From assembly GCA_045598785.1 (NCBI GenBank), contig JAZLMR010000068.1, forward strand, positions 1 through 56,722: a stretch of DNA of 56,722 nt, given 5' to 3'. Position 1 is the first letter of the stretch, and each line of letters opens with the position of its first letter. Source of the stretch: Kiritimatiellia bacterium. GTDB lineage: Bacteria; Verrucomicrobiota; Kiritimatiellia; RFP12; UBA1067. The notes beneath the pieces are model-generated. The model was not told the origin of the DNA, did not search any database, and saw nothing but the letters and a program-made list of their open reading frames with translations. Both the position numbers and the translations under genes were made by a program. Shown here in pieces: positions 31,401-38,921 of the stretch.

Positions 31401-33312
31401 TGGGAAGCAGACCCTCTTTTCCATTGGTTGGAACTACTACACCTTCCGGATGGGCGAAGGACTGACCTTGGAGGAGCTGGACGCGGCTACGCTCGGGGTG
31501 TCTGCGGTTCTCTTCGATTCTAACGGTCACAGCGCTTACTGCAATACGGAATGTCTGAAGCGCTGCGGCATCATCGACGGCGCGGGAAACGTGCTGATCA
31601 CGAAGATTGACGGCGGTCTTCTGGAACTGGACGGCAACGGATACCCCACCGGATTCGTGCAAGAGCGCGTCTCGGGGTATCTGACGCGTATGGGTGGAAT
31701 CATCGCGGACGAGAACATCGATGACAAGGTGGCGGAATCCGTCGTGCGTGAGTCCCAGGAGCTTTTGCTGTCCACGGGTTATACTATCGCGCTGGAAGGA
31801 TGGAGCAACCAGTTGCATCCAAGCAAGTTCTATGAAGCCGCGCATCGGTTGGACACCAATGGGGAGTTTAAGATCGTATTCCCCATGACCTACGAAGTGG
31901 AGCCGTGGCAGACGAACATGACCAGCGAGATCGACCATCTCGCCTCGCTTAAGGAGACGTACGGGACGCGACACGTGCTGCCGAGCTATCTGAAGATCTT
32001 TATGGACGGCTGCGTGGAAACCAAGACCGGCGCGATGGTTGATCCATACCAGGACACGGATCACACCGTTTACAAGAGTTTCTGGGCCACGAACCGCCTC
32101 GCGGACATCACCAGGGCGTGCAACGCCAAGGGACTGACCGTACACACCCACACCATGGGCGATGCCGCCATCCGGGATGTGACTGACGCCTATATCCAGG
32201 GCGGCGACGGCACGCATCGCAATTGCCTGGTGCATCTCCGCAACGTGCGTCCGGAAGATTTCCAGCGTTTCGCCGAGAACAACATCGCCTGCACCGCCGG
32301 TATGACCTGGCATGTGATCAACGGGGGAGGGTCTGATGAACATATGGTGGGTTTCCTGGATGAGAAATATATCAAGCACGCCTACCCGATGAAGTCCTTC
32401 TTCGACGCCGGTGTCAAGGTCTCCAGTCATACGGACTTCCCGGCAAACGGCGGCTGTCCGCAGGATCCGTTCGGGATCATGCAAGTCGCCGTCACCGGAT
32501 TGATTCCAAACCCTCCGGATGGCATGACGCCGTTCGACACGGACGAGCTGATCACGCGCGAGCAGGCGTTCCAGGCGCTGACGCTGAACGGAGCGTGGCA
32601 GATGGGCCTCGAAAACGAGCGCGGCAGCATCAAGGTCGGCAAGTGGGCGGACTTCGTGCTCGCCGACCAGGACGTGTTCGAATGCGAGACGTCCGACATC
32701 GGCAAGACCAAGGTCGTCTCCACCTGGTTTGAGGGGGAGAAGGTCTTTGAGGCGTCTGAGTCGGTGTCGGTCAAGCCGGGTGAGCAGATTGTTCGCGACA
32801 CGGCCGAGGAGGCGTCGAACGTCATGAAGCGGGCCGTGTTCACCCCGAGCGCAAAGGTCGCGGAGGAGTTGGGTGGCGAAGGGTCGACGGTGTTGCAAAC
32901 ATATTGCAATATGTTCACGCTGGACGTCGTGCCGACCTCGGACGGCAAATGGGCGGTTGCGGCGTTTCTCTTGCCGCCGGACTGGACGAACGTCGTCAAG
33001 TCGGCTCAGGCGGCGACGTTGCAGATTCCGGTGGCGGAGCTTGCGGCGTATCCGTATGGCGAACCGCTGAAAAACGTGCCGCTCACGAACTGCGTGCCGG
33101 GCTTCTACTATTCGCTTTATGACGGGACGGCCGTGACGAACCTCAAGGCGGATCTCAACTCGGACAACTGCAATCTTCTCTGCGGTCCGGGTGCGACGGT
33201 GACGATCCCCGTGGTGCCGCATAACCCTGCGTCGGGCTTCTACTCCATCGGGGTGCTTGAGGCCCCGGTAGTCGTCCCCGGCAAAACCGAAACCGCCACA
33301 ATGGCGGAGTAG
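28417..33312 (+). CDS. 1631-aa secreted multi-enzyme fusion. Approximate modules: signal peptide (aa 1-23); Ca-binding PAD_M-like domain (aa 30-240); DUF900/lipase-like alpha/beta hydrolase (aa 259-420); nucleoside hydrolase (IUNH)-like domain (aa 549-880); amidohydrolase_3 (YtcJ-like) (aa 890-1444); unknown C-terminal ~185 aa
   Basis: Signal peptide MKQLMTAVAGMVLALGAFSAFA. WLNDDDD...DCEDDKVNGRCDLLDFFPV resembles the PAD4 middle-domain stretch VNCDRD...DCEDDEVLDSEDLQDM. FVLVHGYNTNHEEA plus VGHSLGN give a serine hydrolase nucleophile elbow. VIIDTDLGSSIDD is an IUNH-type Asp cluster with a 2-residue longer spacer. MPGCTDGHSHY...AGMTWH...SSHTDFP...VVSTWFEG is amidohydrolase_3. By eye, the third codon positions are less GC-rich than in the neighbouring genes. 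Confidence 0.75.
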   Translation: MKQLMTAVAGMVLALGAFSAFAGEPGPRLVPDYDRNGVIDEADCIRAAANEPFTIWLNDDDDAAGAEVDEGKGDVNTDLHDVPGGNDEKDCEDDKVNGRCDLLDFFPVLVDVTGVDDWANYTWKLSSESVNVVFTRLNPNFAGDFHTKTVQGWDVESPLYQAAVSKLANGDVVLPDGFFTCENHYGRGVLLVEGAAFANAGGITLRGEKESGDHVEVTLDLRVKNVEDMYGWMNLRDQGSEGDRLAPRREDASGTMLDNRHFVLVHGYNTNHEEARGNAAEFYKKLWQSGSDAMFTAVEWNGNQSQIKFDELGVNFTPNYFVNVANALAAAKPFAEACKRLSGEKILVGHSLGNVLISSAIKDHGLDYTKFVMLNAEIAGKDFAADGRFAKLPRTINCYSPSDSFLEESEFDVEHCDDSREFLAAFCQEAGFWSLNAKIKTSGKAVGWVNEFIINRLELAEAEAITPEQLAYAGVIEMPAAGANPVATLENVNMEDFIGENWPVVEEGTGNGEQGIADREKEWQHSTFREVAFYHTSKFYASLAAVGKPRVIIDTDLGSSIDDLFTIDLAARMHKAGKLDLMAVMMDRPDGSNASDDPHGRGEFLKFADRYLASLGLGDLPIGVSTPLTEDRLPQHVFNPYWTLIYSNNLTSVGLMLPTNRTDEQIGALTNAVVLYRRLLEDAQPKSVVICSLGFLNNLKALMESGLNYGDDGIQSTGKELIAAKVKELRIMAGCFDPSTAPDGKDGAEYNAAGDPAGTKKVFEEWPTPVVVSTWEVGLNLWYDPKDVLADFPPGTLDPVVRAVYTYWPDRAADGINRLWDVMTVLPLFEGEALAPLSEMGGISVDEKGVTTFTPDPSSNRCYQVASSMDATAVMERIRTLCRTGNPSADTVVYGTIRTAETGNPVAEAIAVKDGRYVYVGDEAGAAAFIEDGVTKVVDHRGKGMVMPGCTDGHSHYTMLFGLVHMKGGVKFEYTDDKAMVLQKLKAASQAAKDAGKQTLFSIGWNYYTFRMGEGLTLEELDAATLGVSAVLFDSNGHSAYCNTECLKRCGIIDGAGNVLITKIDGGLLELDGNGYPTGFVQERVSGYLTRMGGIIADENIDDKVAESVVRESQELLLSTGYTIALEGWSNQLHPSKFYEAAHRLDTNGEFKIVFPMTYEVEPWQTNMTSEIDHLASLKETYGTRHVLPSYLKIFMDGCVETKTGAMVDPYQDTDHTVYKSFWATNRLADITRACNAKGLTVHTHTMGDAAIRDVTDAYIQGGDGTHRNCLVHLRNVRPEDFQRFAENNIACTAGMTWHVINGGGSDEHMVGFLDEKYIKHAYPMKSFFDAGVKVSSHTDFPANGGCPQDPFGIMQVAVTGLIPNPPDGMTPFDTDELITREQAFQALTLNGAWQMGLENERGSIKVGKWADFVLADQDVFECETSDIGKTKVVSTWFEGEKVFEASESVSVKPGEQIVRDTAEEASNVMKRAVFTPSAKVAEELGGEGSTVLQTYCNMFTLDVVPTSDGKWAVAAFLLPPDWTNVVKSAQAATLQIPVAELAAYPYGEPLKNVPLTNCVPGFYYSLYDGTAVTNLKADLNSDNCNLLCGPGATVTIPVVPHNPASGFYSIGVLEAPVVVPGKTETATMAE

Positions 33313-33324
33313 TATGGTCAAGGC

Positions 33325-34251
33325 ATGAAAACCGGCGGCAGTAAGAATGCGCCCGTTATGGCCGTTCGCGAAGATCCAATCGTCTATGTCGACGGAGTGG
33401 AGCGCCGAACCATTGACCTTAGGCCGTACGGGGTCGATGCCATTCCGCTGGTTGGCATCAGCAACTACCGCATGGTTCGGGGCGGCACCGAATACCATGT
33501 TCATCCCGGCTGCGTCGAGGTGTGCCTGTGTCTGCGCGGCAATTTGCGCTTTGAGGCCGACGGCCAGCAATATCCGTTCCTGCCGGGGCGCGTATTCGTC
33601 TCCAACTGCAATGAGCCGCATCGGATGCGCTCGAATCCCAAGGGACTCGCGCTTTATCGGCTGCTCTTTGCCTTGCCGTCGCCCGGCAAGGCGGTTCTGG
33701 GGCTTACGCTGGCCGAAACCCAGTGGCTGGTCCGTTCGTTGACGCATTTTCCCGTGCGGCTTTTCCCCGCTTCGCCGCGGGTGAAGAGCGGCTTCGCTCA
33801 GGTGCTGTCCATCTATGACGAGAAGCCCAAGGGCGTGGACGGCCGGTTGCGTCTGCGGACTTCGGTGATCGAGCTTTTGCTGGCGATCATCGAGTCGCCG
33901 CAGCTGCCGCCGGAGCAGGACGTGCGCCCTCAGCCCAAGGTCCGGGAAATCGTGGCGCGGATGCAGGCGAGCCCGGAGCGAGAGTATCCGGTTGAGTCGC
34001 TGGCGGCCGAGGCGGCGTTGTCGACGGTGGCGTTCAACGAGGCGTTCAAGCGCGCCACGGGCTTGCCGCCGCATGCCTTCCTGCTTGGTTGTCGGCTTGA
34101 AAATTCGCGGCAGGAGCTGGAGCGGGGCAAGGTCTCGGTCGCGACGGTGGCCCTGAAGTTCGGCTTTTGTTCGGCGCGGCATTTTTCCACGGCCTTCAAG
34201 CGCATGTTCGGCGTTTGTCCGAGCAAAGTTGCGGGCGAAGGTGTGGTATAA
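33325..34251 (+). CDS. AraC-family transcriptional regulator (cupin sensor + HTH)
   Basis: N-terminal cupin-like domain (YHVHPGCVEV). The C-terminal part has the two AraC HTH units ...VALKFGFCSARHFSTAFKRMFGVCPS. Confidence 0.8.
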   Translation: MKTGGSKNAPVMAVREDPIVYVDGVERRTIDLRPYGVDAIPLVGISNYRMVRGGTEYHVHPGCVEVCLCLRGNLRFEADGQQYPFLPGRVFVSNCNEPHRMRSNPKGLALYRLLFALPSPGKAVLGLTLAETQWLVRSLTHFPVRLFPASPRVKSGFAQVLSIYDEKPKGVDGRLRLRTSVIELLLAIIESPQLPPEQDVRPQPKVREIVARMQASPEREYPVESLAAEAALSTVAFNEAFKRATGLPPHAFLLGCRLENSRQELERGKVSVATVALKFGFCSARHFSTAFKRMFGVCPSKVAGEGVV

Positions 34252-34252
34252 T
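34244..34252 (+). promoter_or_regulatory. Extended -10 promoter element TGGTATAAT, 8 nt upstream of the queA ATG (overlaps the araC-family gene stop codon)
   Basis: TGnTATAAT. The 8-nt gap acctgcct has no SD sequence before ATG 34261. Confidence 0.55.
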
Positions 34253-34260
34253 ACCTGCCT

Positions 34261-35412
34261 ATGAAAACGCGGCAGTTTTGGTATCCGCTCCCGGAGCGGC
34301 TCATCGCCCAGCACCCGGTGGAACGGCGGGGCACGGAGAAGATGATGGTGCTTCATCGCGACACCGGGATGATCGAGCATCGCCATATCGCGGACATCGT
34401 CGAATACCTTACGCCTGACGATCTGCTGGTCGTCAACGACACCAAGGTCTTCCCGGCGCGGCTGATCGGCGAATGGCCCGATACCCACGGGGCGGTGGAA
34501 GTGCTGCTCGTCAATGCCGCGCCCATGGACGGCGGCTTTGCCGAGGATCCCGCGGCGGCCCGGCCGTCGATGTCGACGGCGGGGTTGCGGTGGAACGTGA
34601 TCGTTGGCTCGGGGCGCAAGTGCCGCGAAGGGCAGGAGGCCGTCTTCGGGCCGAATCGCGAGCTTAAGGTGCGGCTCCTGAAGCCGCTTTCGGGCATTGG
34701 CATGTGGCAGGTGGAGTTCGTCTGCGAGCGGCCGCTCATGGAGCTCCTCGACGAGTTCGGCCATACGCCGGTGCCGCCGTATGTGAAGCGCGAGGGAACT
34801 GCCGAGGAGGAACGCGCGGACCGTGAGCGCTATCAGACCATTTACGCGCGCGAAGTCGGTTCGGTGGCCGCGCCGACGGCCGGGCTTCACTTTACGCCGG
34901 AGATCTTCGCCGCGTTGGAAGCCAAGGGCGTGAGGCGCGTGGCGGTGACGCTCCACGTTGGCCCCGGGACCTTCCGCCCGGTCAAGACCGAGAACATCGA
35001 AGACCATCAGATGGATTTCGAGGCCTTTTCAGTCTCGCCGGAGGCGGCTGCGGCCATCAACGACTGCAAGGCCCGCGGCGGGCGCGTCTTCTGCGTCGGC
35101 TCGACGAGCGTTCGGACGCTGGAGTCCGTCGCGGCAGGAGTGGAAGAAGTAAAAAGTAAAAGTGAAGAAGTAAGAAGTGGGGAGACCAAAGTTGTGGTTC
35201 CGGGCGAGGGCGCGAGCAACATCTTCATCTACCCGCCTTACCGGTTCCGGGTCTGCGACGCGATGCTGACCAATTTCCACCTGCCGCAGTCCACGCTGCT
35301 GATGATGATTTCGGCGCTCGCCGGCCGCGAGCCCGTCCTCTGCGCGTATGCGCTGGCAGTGCGCGCCGAGTACCGCTTCTTCTCCTACGGCGATTGCATG
35401 TTGATTGTCTGA
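34261..35412 (+). CDS. queA: S-adenosylmethionine:tRNA ribosyltransferase-isomerase
   Basis: LPERLIAQHP, VNDTKVFPARL, AAPTAGLHFT, VGSTSVRTLES, TNFHLPQSTLLMMISA, YRFFSYGDCMLI. Confidence 0.95.
   Translation: MKTRQFWYPLPERLIAQHPVERRGTEKMMVLHRDTGMIEHRHIADIVEYLTPDDLLVVNDTKVFPARLIGEWPDTHGAVEVLLVNAAPMDGGFAEDPAAARPSMSTAGLRWNVIVGSGRKCREGQEAVFGPNRELKVRLLKPLSGIGMWQVEFVCERPLMELLDEFGHTPVPPYVKREGTAEEERADRERYQTIYAREVGSVAAPTAGLHFTPEIFAALEAKGVRRVAVTLHVGPGTFRPVKTENIEDHQMDFEAFSVSPEAAAAINDCKARGGRVFCVGSTSVRTLESVAAGVEEVKSKSEEVRSGETKVVVPGEGASNIFIYPPYRFRVCDAMLTNFHLPQSTLLMMISALAGREPVLCAYALAVRAEYRFFSYGDCMLIV
35142..35180 (+). repeat. AT-rich purine-run element inside queA (encodes EEVKSKSEEVRSG in a variable loop)
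   Basis: GGAAGAAGTAAAAAGTAAAAGTGAAGAAGTAAGAAGTGG stands out against the GC-rich gene. It is related to the reverse complement of 3683-3719. Confidence 0.7.
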
Positions 35413-35414
35413 TT

Positions 35415-35423
35415 TGTTATAAT
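35415..35423 (+). promoter_or_regulatory. Extended -10 promoter element TGTTATAAT, 6 nt upstream of the PAS-protein ATG
   Basis: TGnTATAAT. The 6-nt gap ccgcct precedes ATG 35430 and contains no SD sequence. Confidence 0.55.
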
Positions 35424-35429
35424 CCGCCT

Positions 35430-36143
35430 ATGCCTTTATTCGTTCCCAAAGATCGGCGTTCGCTTTTTCGTCAGTTTCTGGCGGGAATGTACGACGCGGT
35501 CGTGATAACCGATCCCAACGGCTATATTCTCGAGATCAATCCTCGGGCGGTGGAGTATTTCGGCTACGATCCGGAAGCGGTGCTGGACCAGCCGGTTTCG
35601 CTGTTCGTGCCGGGGCTCAGGCAGGAGGTCGTCCAGCGCATTCGCAAGGGCCTCGACTGCGATCGCCATGTGGTCGTGGACGCCAATGGCAGGAGTCGCG
35701 ACGGGCGCAAGATCGCCTGCGAGGTGACGGTGTCGTCGATCGACCTCATGAATCCCGGCGATCTCATCTTCACGATTCGGAATGTCGAGCGTCGCCGTGA
35801 ATACATGAATCAGTTTCGGCTCAAGGCTAACGCGTTTCAGCTGTCGCAGTCGGCGCTCTTCGGGTGCGATGCCGAAGGGCATATCCTGGAGGCGAATCCC
35901 GCGTTTCTGGAGATGTTCGGGCTACCCGATCTCGAAGCGGCGCGTCAGCATCAGTTTGCCGACTTCATGAACGACGATCCGCTGCCGGAGAATTTCCGCC
36001 GGGCGCTTGCGGGCGAAACCACGACGGTCGGCATCGTCGCCGAGGGCGACGATGGCGATCAGGATGAACTGGAAATCGTGCTCGCGCCCAATTTAAGCGG
36101 CCGCCGCATCGTCGGGGTCGTCGGGAGTCTGAAGAAGATCTGA
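35430..36143 (+). CDS. Tandem PAS-domain protein without a recognisable output domain
   Basis: Two PAS-like units (MYDAVVITDPNGYILEINPRAVEYFGY... and SALFGCDAEGHILEANPAFLEMFG...). Confidence 0.65.
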   Translation: MPLFVPKDRRSLFRQFLAGMYDAVVITDPNGYILEINPRAVEYFGYDPEAVLDQPVSLFVPGLRQEVVQRIRKGLDCDRHVVVDANGRSRDGRKIACEVTVSSIDLMNPGDLIFTIRNVERRREYMNQFRLKANAFQLSQSALFGCDAEGHILEANPAFLEMFGLPDLEAARQHQFADFMNDDPLPENFRRALAGETTTVGIVAEGDDGDQDELEIVLAPNLSGRRIVGVVGSLKKI

Positions 36144-36144
36144 T

Positions 36145-37059
36145 ATGCGACGTGCGCCTCAACATGCCGCCGGCATCATGCAGATGTGTGTCGGCAAGCC
36201 GGATGTCAAACTGCTGCAGGATTTCCTGTCGGCGAAGTTTTCGCTTTCCCGGCGGACGGCCAAGGCGATGATTGACGGGCGCAGCGTCTGGGTCAACCGC
36301 AAGTGCGTGTGGATCGCGCGTTACGAGCTCAAGACCGGCGATCTCGTCGAGATTCCCGAGCGTGTGGTCAAGGGCGCGCAGGCGCAGTCACGGGGCGGGA
36401 ATACGACGGCGGGCGGCGAAGCGGCGCCGGCGAAGCGCCATGTGCGGGTGCTGTGGCAGAATGACAACTATCTCGTCTGCGACAAGCCCGCCGGGTATGT
36501 GAGCTGCGACGACCCGAAGTCGGTGGAGACGATCTTGCGCGAGCAGGAGAAGATCCCCACGCTGGAGGCGGTGCATCGGCTCGATCGGGATACGACTGGG
36601 TGCCTGATGTTCGCCAAGAATCACGCCGCGCTGCTGGCGGCGATTGAGATTTTCAAGACGCACAAGGTCTCCAAGACCTATCATGCGCTGGTGTCGGGGA
36701 GGCTGCAGTACGCCCATCGGGTGATCAATGCCGAACTGGACGGGCAGCCGGCCGTTTCCCGGGTCGCGCGCGAAGCCTGGACGGATGACATGTCCTTTTT
36801 GCGGGTGCGCATCGAGACGGGCCGCACCAATCAGATCCGCCGGCATCTTGCGCAGATTCGGCATCCGATTGTCGGCGATCGCGTGTTCGGGCTCAAGAAC
36901 CTTCGCGACCCGCGGTTCATGCGGGTGCCGCGGCAGCTATTGCACGCCTCGACCTTGATTCTGCCCGATCCGATGGACTTGCATGTCGAGATCAAGGTGC
37001 ATTCGCCGCTGCCGGCCGATTTCCGTGCGGCCTTGCGCCTTTTCGGCATGGGCAAGTAG
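36145..37059 (+). CDS. RluA-family pseudouridine synthase with N-terminal S4-like domain
   Basis: Catalytic motif HRLDRDTTGCLMFAK. KTYHALV. TGRTNQIRRHLA. S4-like LSRRTAKAMIDGRSVWVN. The start could instead be a downstream ATG (36178/36184). Confidence 0.85.
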   Translation: MRRAPQHAAGIMQMCVGKPDVKLLQDFLSAKFSLSRRTAKAMIDGRSVWVNRKCVWIARYELKTGDLVEIPERVVKGAQAQSRGGNTTAGGEAAPAKRHVRVLWQNDNYLVCDKPAGYVSCDDPKSVETILREQEKIPTLEAVHRLDRDTTGCLMFAKNHAALLAAIEIFKTHKVSKTYHALVSGRLQYAHRVINAELDGQPAVSRVAREAWTDDMSFLRVRIETGRTNQIRRHLAQIRHPIVGDRVFGLKNLRDPRFMRVPRQLLHASTLILPDPMDLHVEIKVHSPLPADFRAALRLFGMGK

Positions 37060-37123
37060 CAGGGCTGACTCGGCGGGCGGCGGCGAAGACGGGCGCGGCC
37101 TTTTGCGAGCCGGCGGTGGGAAC

Positions 37124-38770
37124 ATGAAAAGATGCAGAATCTGCGGGGCGGAGAATACCGAGGCGGCAACCCATTGTTGCGGTTGCGGAATCGGTTTTTC
37201 AGTTCCGCCCGCCGCGCCGGCTAAGTTGTCCCGAAGGCGGAAACCGCTGACGCTGGCGGTGGTGGCGACGGCGGTGCTGGTGATTGCGCTGGCGGTTGCG
37301 GTCGGCCACGGGCGGCAGGCTGCGGTTTTGCCGCGGAAACCGGTCGTCCGCCCGCTGCCGATTGAAAGCGAGCAACGTCTGTCGGCGGCGCCGATGGCAT
37401 CCGCGGCGGCCGAAGTCCCGTCCGCGGTGACGCCGGCGGAGCCTGCGCCGTCGCCGGAGGCGAAGCGGCCCCAGGAGTCACTGCTGGAGTTGCATCCGGA
37501 GCTCAATCGTTTCATTCCGCTTAAGCGCACGGTCGCGGAGGATGATCGACAGGCGCTGCGCCTGCCGCCCTACGATCTGGGAAGGGAGTTCGCGAATCAT
37601 CCCGAGGCCTGGCAGGTGGACTGGGAGGAGTTCCAGCGGCGGCATCCGGGCATCTGGTATTCGACGGACGGCGACCGACGCCGTTCGATTCGGAGTGACG
37701 GCGTGACTTTCTTCGGCTATGTGATCTGTGAGAATCTGCTGGAGTTCGATGCCACCGGGCTGGTGCGGATTCAGGTGTCGGTCTTCAACAAGGGGGTGGC
37801 GGGGTCGGTGCTTTCCGAGGGTGGCGCCCGCGAGGTGGTCGACCGCGTCACTTCGCAGCTTGAAGCGCGGCGGCTGCAGGTGGCGGTGGCCGCCGAAGAC
37901 GGCAAGTCGGTGACTCGCTACGAATGGCTGGGCGCGCCGCCGTTCGTTCGTGCCGTCATGGGGGAAAGCGTGATTGACGGGGAGAACTGTGCGGAGTATC
38001 TCAACTTTACCCTGGAATTGGCGGAAAGCGAGCCGCTGTCGGTGCCGCGGGATCTGCGGAGCAATCGCTGCCGGCAGGGCGGCGACGTCTACCTGAAGGG
38101 GATTCCGATGGTGAACCAGGGGCAGACGGGTTATTGCGTGCCGGCGACGATTTCGCGCTTGCTCGGCTATTACGGCATTGACGCGGACATGCATGAGCTG
38201 GCGCTGGTGATGGAGACCGAGTGCGGCGGCGGCACCCTGGTGGGCGGGGATTTTCCGACGCTGGACAAGATTGCCGCGGCGACGGGGCTTACGCGGACCG
38301 ACTACCGGAATTTCGAGGTCTTCAATGCGGAATATTTCGAGCGCTACAATGCGGCGGCGCGGGCAGCTGGCGGCAAGGAGCTGCTGGTCGAGGATTTTAC
38401 CGCAGTCGAAAATCATGACGGCGAGCAGGTGCGTGTCCGACATTACGACTGGATGGCCGAGGAGCTGGATCCGGAAATTCAGCGGCAGAGTCGCGATTAC
38501 GATCAGGCGGGTTATGCCAGGTTCCGCGCGGGCATTGTCGAGTCGATTGAATGCGGCTGTCCGCTTCTCTGGTCGGTGGATCGGCTGTTTCCCTGGGATC
38601 GGTCGGATGGTTGGGCGGGCGGCGGGCACATGCGGCTCATAGTCGGCTACAATTCGGCGCGCGACGAGGTGCTTTACTCCGACAGCTGGGGCAGCGGCAA
38701 CGAGCTTAAGCGCGCTTCGATGTCGGAGGCCTGGAGCGTGACAGATTTCCTGTCCTGTCTCAAGCCGTAA
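37124..38770 (+). CDS. Membrane-anchored protein: N-terminal zinc ribbon, one TM helix, C-terminal papain-like cysteine peptidase fold
   Basis: MKRCRICGAENTEAATHCCGCG zinc ribbon. TM helix LTLAVVATAVLVIALAVAV. C-terminal NQGQTGYCVPAT (Gln/Cys), GGHMRLIVGYN (His) and YSDSWGSG, comparable to the papain GHA..VGY / NSWG signatures. Confidence 0.6.
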   Translation: MKRCRICGAENTEAATHCCGCGIGFSVPPAAPAKLSRRRKPLTLAVVATAVLVIALAVAVGHGRQAAVLPRKPVVRPLPIESEQRLSAAPMASAAAEVPSAVTPAEPAPSPEAKRPQESLLELHPELNRFIPLKRTVAEDDRQALRLPPYDLGREFANHPEAWQVDWEEFQRRHPGIWYSTDGDRRRSIRSDGVTFFGYVICENLLEFDATGLVRIQVSVFNKGVAGSVLSEGGAREVVDRVTSQLEARRLQVAVAAEDGKSVTRYEWLGAPPFVRAVMGESVIDGENCAEYLNFTLELAESEPLSVPRDLRSNRCRQGGDVYLKGIPMVNQGQTGYCVPATISRLLGYYGIDADMHELALVMETECGGGTLVGGDFPTLDKIAAATGLTRTDYRNFEVFNAEYFERYNAAARAAGGKELLVEDFTAVENHDGEQVRVRHYDWMAEELDPEIQRQSRDYDQAGYARFRAGIVESIECGCPLLWSVDRLFPWDRSDGWAGGGHMRLIVGYNSARDEVLYSDSWGSGNELKRASMSEAWSVTDFLSCLKP

Positions 38771-38901
38771 GTGGTTGGATGTCGCATCTCTCGCGGCCGT
38801 CGGTCGTCGCTAGTCGCTTTTCGCTAAGGCGCTATTCCTAAGCCTCTCCGGCGCGGAGCAGTTAGGAGGGCGGCGATTCTTGACGTGCCGCCGCGCGGTT
38901 T

Positions 38902-38910
38902 TGGTATAAT
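38902..38910 (+). promoter_or_regulatory. Extended -10 promoter element TGGTATAAT (with TTGACG at 38880-38885), 11 nt upstream of the S1-protein ATG
   Basis: TGnTATAAT. The gap atcggccagtt has no SD sequence before ATG 38922. Confidence 0.55.
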
Positions 38911-38921
38911 ATCGGCCAGTT

